From NCBI GenBank assembly GCA_964468685.1, contig CAYXUH010000003.1, forward strand, positions 1-32,107: DNA of 32,107 nt. Reading direction: 5' to 3'. Both the position numbers and the translations under genes were made by a program. Shown in pieces: positions 25,656 to 32,107 of the stretch (positions within the stretch are counted from its first letter, which is position 1; every line of letters starts with the position of its first letter). Source of the DNA: an uncultured Syntrophaceae bacterium (GTDB taxonomy: Bacteria > Desulfobacterota > Syntrophia > Syntrophales > UBA2210). The notes beneath the pieces are model-generated. The model had not been told where the DNA came from. It saw only the letters and a program-made list of their open reading frames with translations, and ran no database searches.

Positions 25656-25790
25656 CAGGTTATAAAGTAGAATATATGATAATATAGTTAATAATGTAGT
25701 TTGGTTATATATACCTTTCAACATATCAACAGGTCCTACTATTACTACTATATTTTTTAATTAAATATTTTTTAAAGAATAGGTGACCAT
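25656..25790. other. oriC: Probable oriC unwinding region (DnaA-box-like pair, GC cluster, DnaA-trio array, AT-rich DUE) in the dnaA-dnaN spacer
   Basis: This is the most AT-rich segment of the window. It contains TTTCAACA and TATCAACA (25716..25731), GGTCC (25732..25736) and CTA-CTA-TTA-CTA-CTA (25736..25750). The direct repeat ATATTTTTTAA occurs at 25750..25760 and 25765..25775. Confidence 0.6.
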
Positions 25791-26918
25791 ATGGAATTTT
25801 CTATTGAGAGAGTTGTTTTTCTAGAGGGCATTCAAAAAACTTTAAGTATTGTAGAGAGGAGGACAACCCTTCCGATTCTCAATAATATTCTCATTAGAAC
25901 ACAAAATGAAAGGATCAGGATAGTTGCTACCGACCGAGATGTCGGTTTAACATCGTACTATGAAGCTACAGTTATTGCTCCGGGAGAGATCACGGTTGGA
26001 GCAAGAAAATTATTTGAAATGGTCAGAGAAATAGAGGGGGATGTGATTCATTTTCAGGTTCTGGAAAATAACTGGGTAAATGTGACATGCGGCAAGATTA
26101 TATATAAGATGCCGGGACTTTCTACTGAAGATTTTCCTGAGGTTTCGGATATTGAAGATATGGCGTCTATGGGACTATCGTGTGATGTTTTAAAAAATGT
26201 TTTTGAAAAGACATTCTTTGCGATCTCTCAGGACGAGATGAGACCGAACCTTAATGGGGTTTTCTTTGAGATAATAAATGGAAAGGTTGTCGTGGTGGCC
26301 ACTGATGGACATAGATTATCGATTGCGAATATGCCTTTAGAAGGTGAAGGGGATAATACACTTACTATTCCAGGCGTCATCATACCGCGGAAGGGAGTCT
26401 CTGAGATTAGGAGACTGGTTGAAATGGGTGATGCTGTTGAAATATGTGTGACGGCCGGTGTCTGTGTGGTGAAAAAGCAGGATACGGTATTAAGGGTCAG
26501 TCTTATTAACTCGGAGTATCCTGATTATAAGAGAGTAATACCAACCGAAAATGGAGTAGTGGTCAAACTCGATAAGGATCATATATTACGCTCTCTAAAA
26601 CGTATGAGTGTTATGTCAACAGAGAAGTTCAGTGGAGTGAAGATAGAAGTATATGATAATAGAATGGTTTTAACCTCTACGAACCCGGATGTTGGTGAGG
26701 CAAAGGATGAAATTGATGTATCCTACGATGGAGAACGGTTGGAGGTAGGGTACAGTGTTCGGTACCTTATAGATGCCGTTGACCACGTTGATGGAGATAC
26801 CGTTTCGTTTGAAGTGAGAAGCGGCGATGGTCCCGGTGTTGTGAAATCTTCCGGAAGCGATGCCTATATGTGTGTCGTGATGCCGATAAAACTCAGAACA
26901 GAGAAAGGATTAGATTAA
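25791..26918 (+). CDS. dnaN: DNA polymerase III beta sliding clamp
   Basis: A 375-aa ORF in the canonical position after dnaA. It has the typical clamp N-terminus (..F.I.R..FL.G.Q....V.RRTTLPILNNILI) and ATDGHRL, the three-domain length, and the C-terminal region MPI.L. Confidence 0.93.
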   Translation: MEFSIERVVFLEGIQKTLSIVERRTTLPILNNILIRTQNERIRIVATDRDVGLTSYYEATVIAPGEITVGARKLFEMVREIEGDVIHFQVLENNWVNVTCGKIIYKMPGLSTEDFPEVSDIEDMASMGLSCDVLKNVFEKTFFAISQDEMRPNLNGVFFEIINGKVVVVATDGHRLSIANMPLEGEGDNTLTIPGVIIPRKGVSEIRRLVEMGDAVEICVTAGVCVVKKQDTVLRVSLINSEYPDYKRVIPTENGVVVKLDKDHILRSLKRMSVMSTEKFSGVKIEVYDNRMVLTSTNPDVGEAKDEIDVSYDGERLEVGYSVRYLIDAVDHVDGDTVSFEVRSGDGPGVVKSSGSDAYMCVVMPIKLRTEKGLD

Positions 26919-29333
<2,415 letters not shown>

Positions 29334-29527
29334 CGTATCGTCTTAGAGACAGTGAAGGGCATTTCCACACCCTCTCCTGACCGATGCTCTTTTGTGTGTA
29401 AGGTAGCAGGTATGTGTAAGAGATGTTTACACCCTTCTTACTTAAAAGTGCCCTTATGGGGGGTGTAATAGGGGCAAGCGATACAGGGAATATTATATTT
29501 TAACAGGTAGAAAGGTCTTGAAGAATT

Positions 29528-32008
29528 ATGGATCAGTTGTTCCAGAGAAATATACCGGTAACAATAGAAAGTGAGATGAAAAAGTCCTACATGGAATACG
29601 CGATGAGCGTAATTGTAGGCCGCGCAATTCCCGACATCAGGGACGGATTGAAGCCGGTGCACCGCAGGGCGTTGTATGCCATGTCTGATCTTGGAAACAG
29701 ATGGAACAAGCCCTATAAAAAATCCGCGAGGATCGTGGGTGATATTATCGGTAAATATCATCCCCATGGTGACACGGCTGCGTATGATACCGTCGTCAGG
29801 ATGGCGCAGGATTTTTCCATGCGGTATCCGCTCATTGACGGCCAGGGAAATTTTGGGTCCGTTGACGGAGATCCGCCGGCCGCCATGCGGTATACCGAGA
29901 TCAGGATGGAGAAACTGGCGGATGAACTGCTCACGGACCTCGATAAAAATACCGTTGATTTTATTCCGAACTACGACGGCTCTCTTCAAGAACCGGTGGT
30001 GCTGCCCGCCAGGATTCCAACCCTTCTCCTCAACGGGTCATCGGGCATAGCGGTTGGTTTAACAACCAATGTACCCCCCCATAATCTGACCGAGTTGATT
30101 GATGGGATCATTGAGCTCATTCATAACCCCGAACTTTCGGTCGACGATCTCATGGCATTCATCAAGGGACCTGACTTCCCGACGGCCGGATTTATCAACG
30201 GCCGGGACGGGATCGTCTCCGCCTACCGTACGGGGCGTGGCATCATCAAAGTCAGGGCGCGTGCCATCATAGAACGAAACTCGAGAAACGACAGGGAGAG
30301 CATCGTCATTACGGAACTTCCCTACCAGGTGAACAAGGCACATTTGATAGAAAAGATATCGGACCTGGTAAAGGAAAAGAAGATCAGCGGTATAGCCGAC
30401 CTGAGAGACGAATCGGACCGGGAAGGGATGAGAGTCGTCATCGATCTCAAACGGGACGAGATGTCGGGGGTTATTCTCAACCAGCTGTATAAGCACACCC
30501 AGATGGAATCGACGTTCGGTATCATCATGCTGGCCATTGACCGGGGACAGCCTCGACTGATGGACCTTAAAGAAATCCTGGTTAAGTTTGTTGATTTCAG
30601 AAAAGAAATCGTGATCAGAAGGACGATGTTTGAACTGGCCAAGGCCAGGGAAAAGCTGCATATCCTGGAAGGGCTTATCATAGCCCTCGACAATATTGAT
30701 GAGGTCATCGCCGTTATCAAGGCGTCCGAAAACGCGAAGACGGCAGCCGAAGAACTGATGGCTAGGTTCGGTCTGAGTGAAGAACAGACCAAGGCTATAC
30801 TGGAGATGAGGCTGCAGAGGCTGACTGGCCTGGAGCGCGACAAGATACGTGAAGAGCATATCGAGATATCGGCTCTTGTGAAGGAGCTGGAGGGAATCCT
30901 TGCAGACTCCCAGAAGGTTTTGGATATCATTGTAGGAGAGCTGGAGGATATACTGAAACGCTACGGGGATGCGAGGAGAACGGAAATCGTCCTGAGCAGT
31001 ACCGATATCGGGATTGAGGATATGATCGTAGAAGAGGATATGGTGGTGACCATATCACACCAGAACTACATAAAAAGAAATCCGGCCAGTCTTTACCGGA
31101 GCCAGCACCGTGGAGGTCGCGGCAAGGTCGGTATGGGGACGAAGGAAGACGATTTTCTAGAGAGGATGTTTATAGCCTCTACACATAGTCATATCCTGTT
31201 TTTTACCAATATGGGGCGTATATACTGGCTGAAGATATACCAGATTCCGCAGGCGGGACGGGCCGCAAAGGGGAAGGCGATTGTCAATCTGATAGGGGTA
31301 GCGCAGGAGGAGAAGATTACGGCCGTCCTCCCCGTCAAAGAATTTATCCCGGGTAAGTTTGTCATCATGGCGACCAGGCGGGGGATTATCAAAAAGACGG
31401 ATCTCATCGCCTATTCCAATCCCCGATCCGGTGGCATCATTGCGCTGACCCTCGACGAGGGGGATGAGCTGATCGATGTAAAACAGACAAACGGCGACCA
31501 GGACATCTTTCTCGGCGCCAGGAAGGGCAACGCAATACGGTTCAATGAGAGAGATGTTCGGCCCATAGGGAGAACGGCCCGGGGCGTCACGGGAATCAGG
31601 ATAGCAAAGGACGATGAAGTGGTCGGTATGGAAGTGCTCAGGGACAGCAATTCCATCCTGGCCGTTTCAGACAAGGGCTTCGGCAAGAGAACGGAGATTT
31701 CGGAATATCGGCTTCAGTCACGGGGTGGAAAGGGCATTATTAACCTTAAAACAACACCCAAGGTGGGGTTTGTTACACGGATAAAACAGGTGACCGGCGA
31801 TGAGGATATTATGCTGATCAGCAATACGGGAAACATCATACGGCTTGGCGTGAACGAGGTTTCCCTCCTGCACCGAAGCACCCAGGGAGTCAAGCTGATA
31901 GATCTGGCTGATGGAGAGCAGTTGGTAGGACTGGCCCGGGTGGAACGCGAAGATCCGGATATGGACGAGGAACTGCCCGTCCCGGAGTCGGATCCCTTTG
32001 ACTTTTAA
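29528..32008 (+). CDS. gyrA: DNA gyrase subunit A
   Basis: The motifs are [27 protein letters not shown], the QRDR-equivalent [22 protein letters not shown], the active-site region AAMRYTE, and C-terminal beta-pinwheel repeats with a GyrA-box-like QHRGGRGK. The tail is acidic. Confidence 0.96.
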   Translation: MDQLFQRNIPVTIESEMKKSYMEYAMSVIVGRAIPDIRDGLKPVHRRALYAMSDLGNRWNKPYKKSARIVGDIIGKYHPHGDTAAYDTVVRMAQDFSMRYPLIDGQGNFGSVDGDPPAAMRYTEIRMEKLADELLTDLDKNTVDFIPNYDGSLQEPVVLPARIPTLLLNGSSGIAVGLTTNVPPHNLTELIDGIIELIHNPELSVDDLMAFIKGPDFPTAGFINGRDGIVSAYRTGRGIIKVRARAIIERNSRNDRESIVITELPYQVNKAHLIEKISDLVKEKKISGIADLRDESDREGMRVVIDLKRDEMSGVILNQLYKHTQMESTFGIIMLAIDRGQPRLMDLKEILVKFVDFRKEIVIRRTMFELAKAREKLHILEGLIIALDNIDEVIAVIKASENAKTAAEELMARFGLSEEQTKAILEMRLQRLTGLERDKIREEHIEISALVKELEGILADSQKVLDIIVGELEDILKRYGDARRTEIVLSSTDIGIEDMIVEEDMVVTISHQNYIKRNPASLYRSQHRGGRGKVGMGTKEDDFLERMFIASTHSHILFFTNMGRIYWLKIYQIPQAGRAAKGKAIVNLIGVAQEEKITAVLPVKEFIPGKFVIMATRRGIIKKTDLIAYSNPRSGGIIALTLDEGDELIDVKQTNGDQDIFLGARKGNAIRFNERDVRPIGRTARGVTGIRIAKDDEVVGMEVLRDSNSILAVSDKGFGKRTEISEYRLQSRGGKGIINLKTTPKVGFVTRIKQVTGDEDIMLISNTGNIIRLGVNEVSLLHRSTQGVKLIDLADGEQLVGLARVEREDPDMDEELPVPESDPFDF

Positions 32009-32107
32009 CAGGGGCCTCGGTGTTCTTGCATCTCCCGCAGCCATGCTCTTTAGTAAGTTAGAAATTAGTTTCTGCGTTTTTCCGCAGGGAATAATTTCGT
32101 TAACGCA

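Noticed and set aside
29759-29790. GyrA QRDR reads [10 protein letters not shown] (Thr at the E. coli Ser83-equivalent position)
   Set aside because: Thr at this position is the wild-type state in many bacteria, so it is not evidence of quinolone-resistance selection.
30059-30930. 266-aa and 202-aa minus-strand ORFs inside gyrA, plus the 183-aa ORF at 29438..29989
   Set aside because: All are antisense to gyrA. They have no motifs, and the composition is typical of reverse-frame translation.
32072-32087. Small hairpin CTGCG-TTTTTC-CGCAG after gyrA
   Set aside because: The stem is only 5 bp, there is no following U-tract, and it lies 60 nt beyond the stop. That is too weak to call a terminator.

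Overview
This window looks like the chromosomal replication-origin neighbourhood of a Gram-negative-type bacterium. The LPS heptose epimerase HldD and a periplasmic DegP/HtrA protease support the Gram-negative call. SelA and a HemN-like radical SAM enzyme hint at an anaerobic lifestyle. Almost everything is core housekeeping.

Gene order:
- Left block, minus strand: a membrane protein cut by the window edge, a frameshifted PAS-GGDEF diguanylate cyclase, an M29 aminopeptidase, a pyruvate-kinase-C-terminal-like protein and def.
- Plus-strand run: HemN-like radical SAM, selA, rluD-pgeF, rho, rpmE, prfA, a cyclophilin, an ABC-F ATPase, and a tightly overlapping three-gene operon (ECF-S-component-like membrane protein, DUF1893, YjbQ/UPF0047).
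- Minus-strand block: endonuclease III-like protein, htrA, a FAH-family hydrolase, hldD and trmJ.
- Origin cluster, plus strand: rsmG-parA-parB-dnaA-dnaN-gyrB-gyrA.

Non-coding highlights:
- A perfect parS palindrome lies at 16161..16176.
- DnaA-box-like 9-mers sit directly upstream of a TTG-start dnaA.
- The very AT-rich dnaA-dnaN spacer has a box / GC-cluster / DnaA-trio / AT-tract layout, so it is the likely oriC unwinding element.
- A near-consensus promoter and a roughly 150-nt structured leader precede the three-gene operon.

I recognised no tRNA, rRNA, CRISPR array, transposase, integrase or defence-type gene. I do not see a convincing novel multi-gene system. The least understood unit is the leader plus ECF-S-like/DUF1893/YjbQ operon. 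All protein calls rest on motif recognition by eye in the supplied translations. No database search was run.
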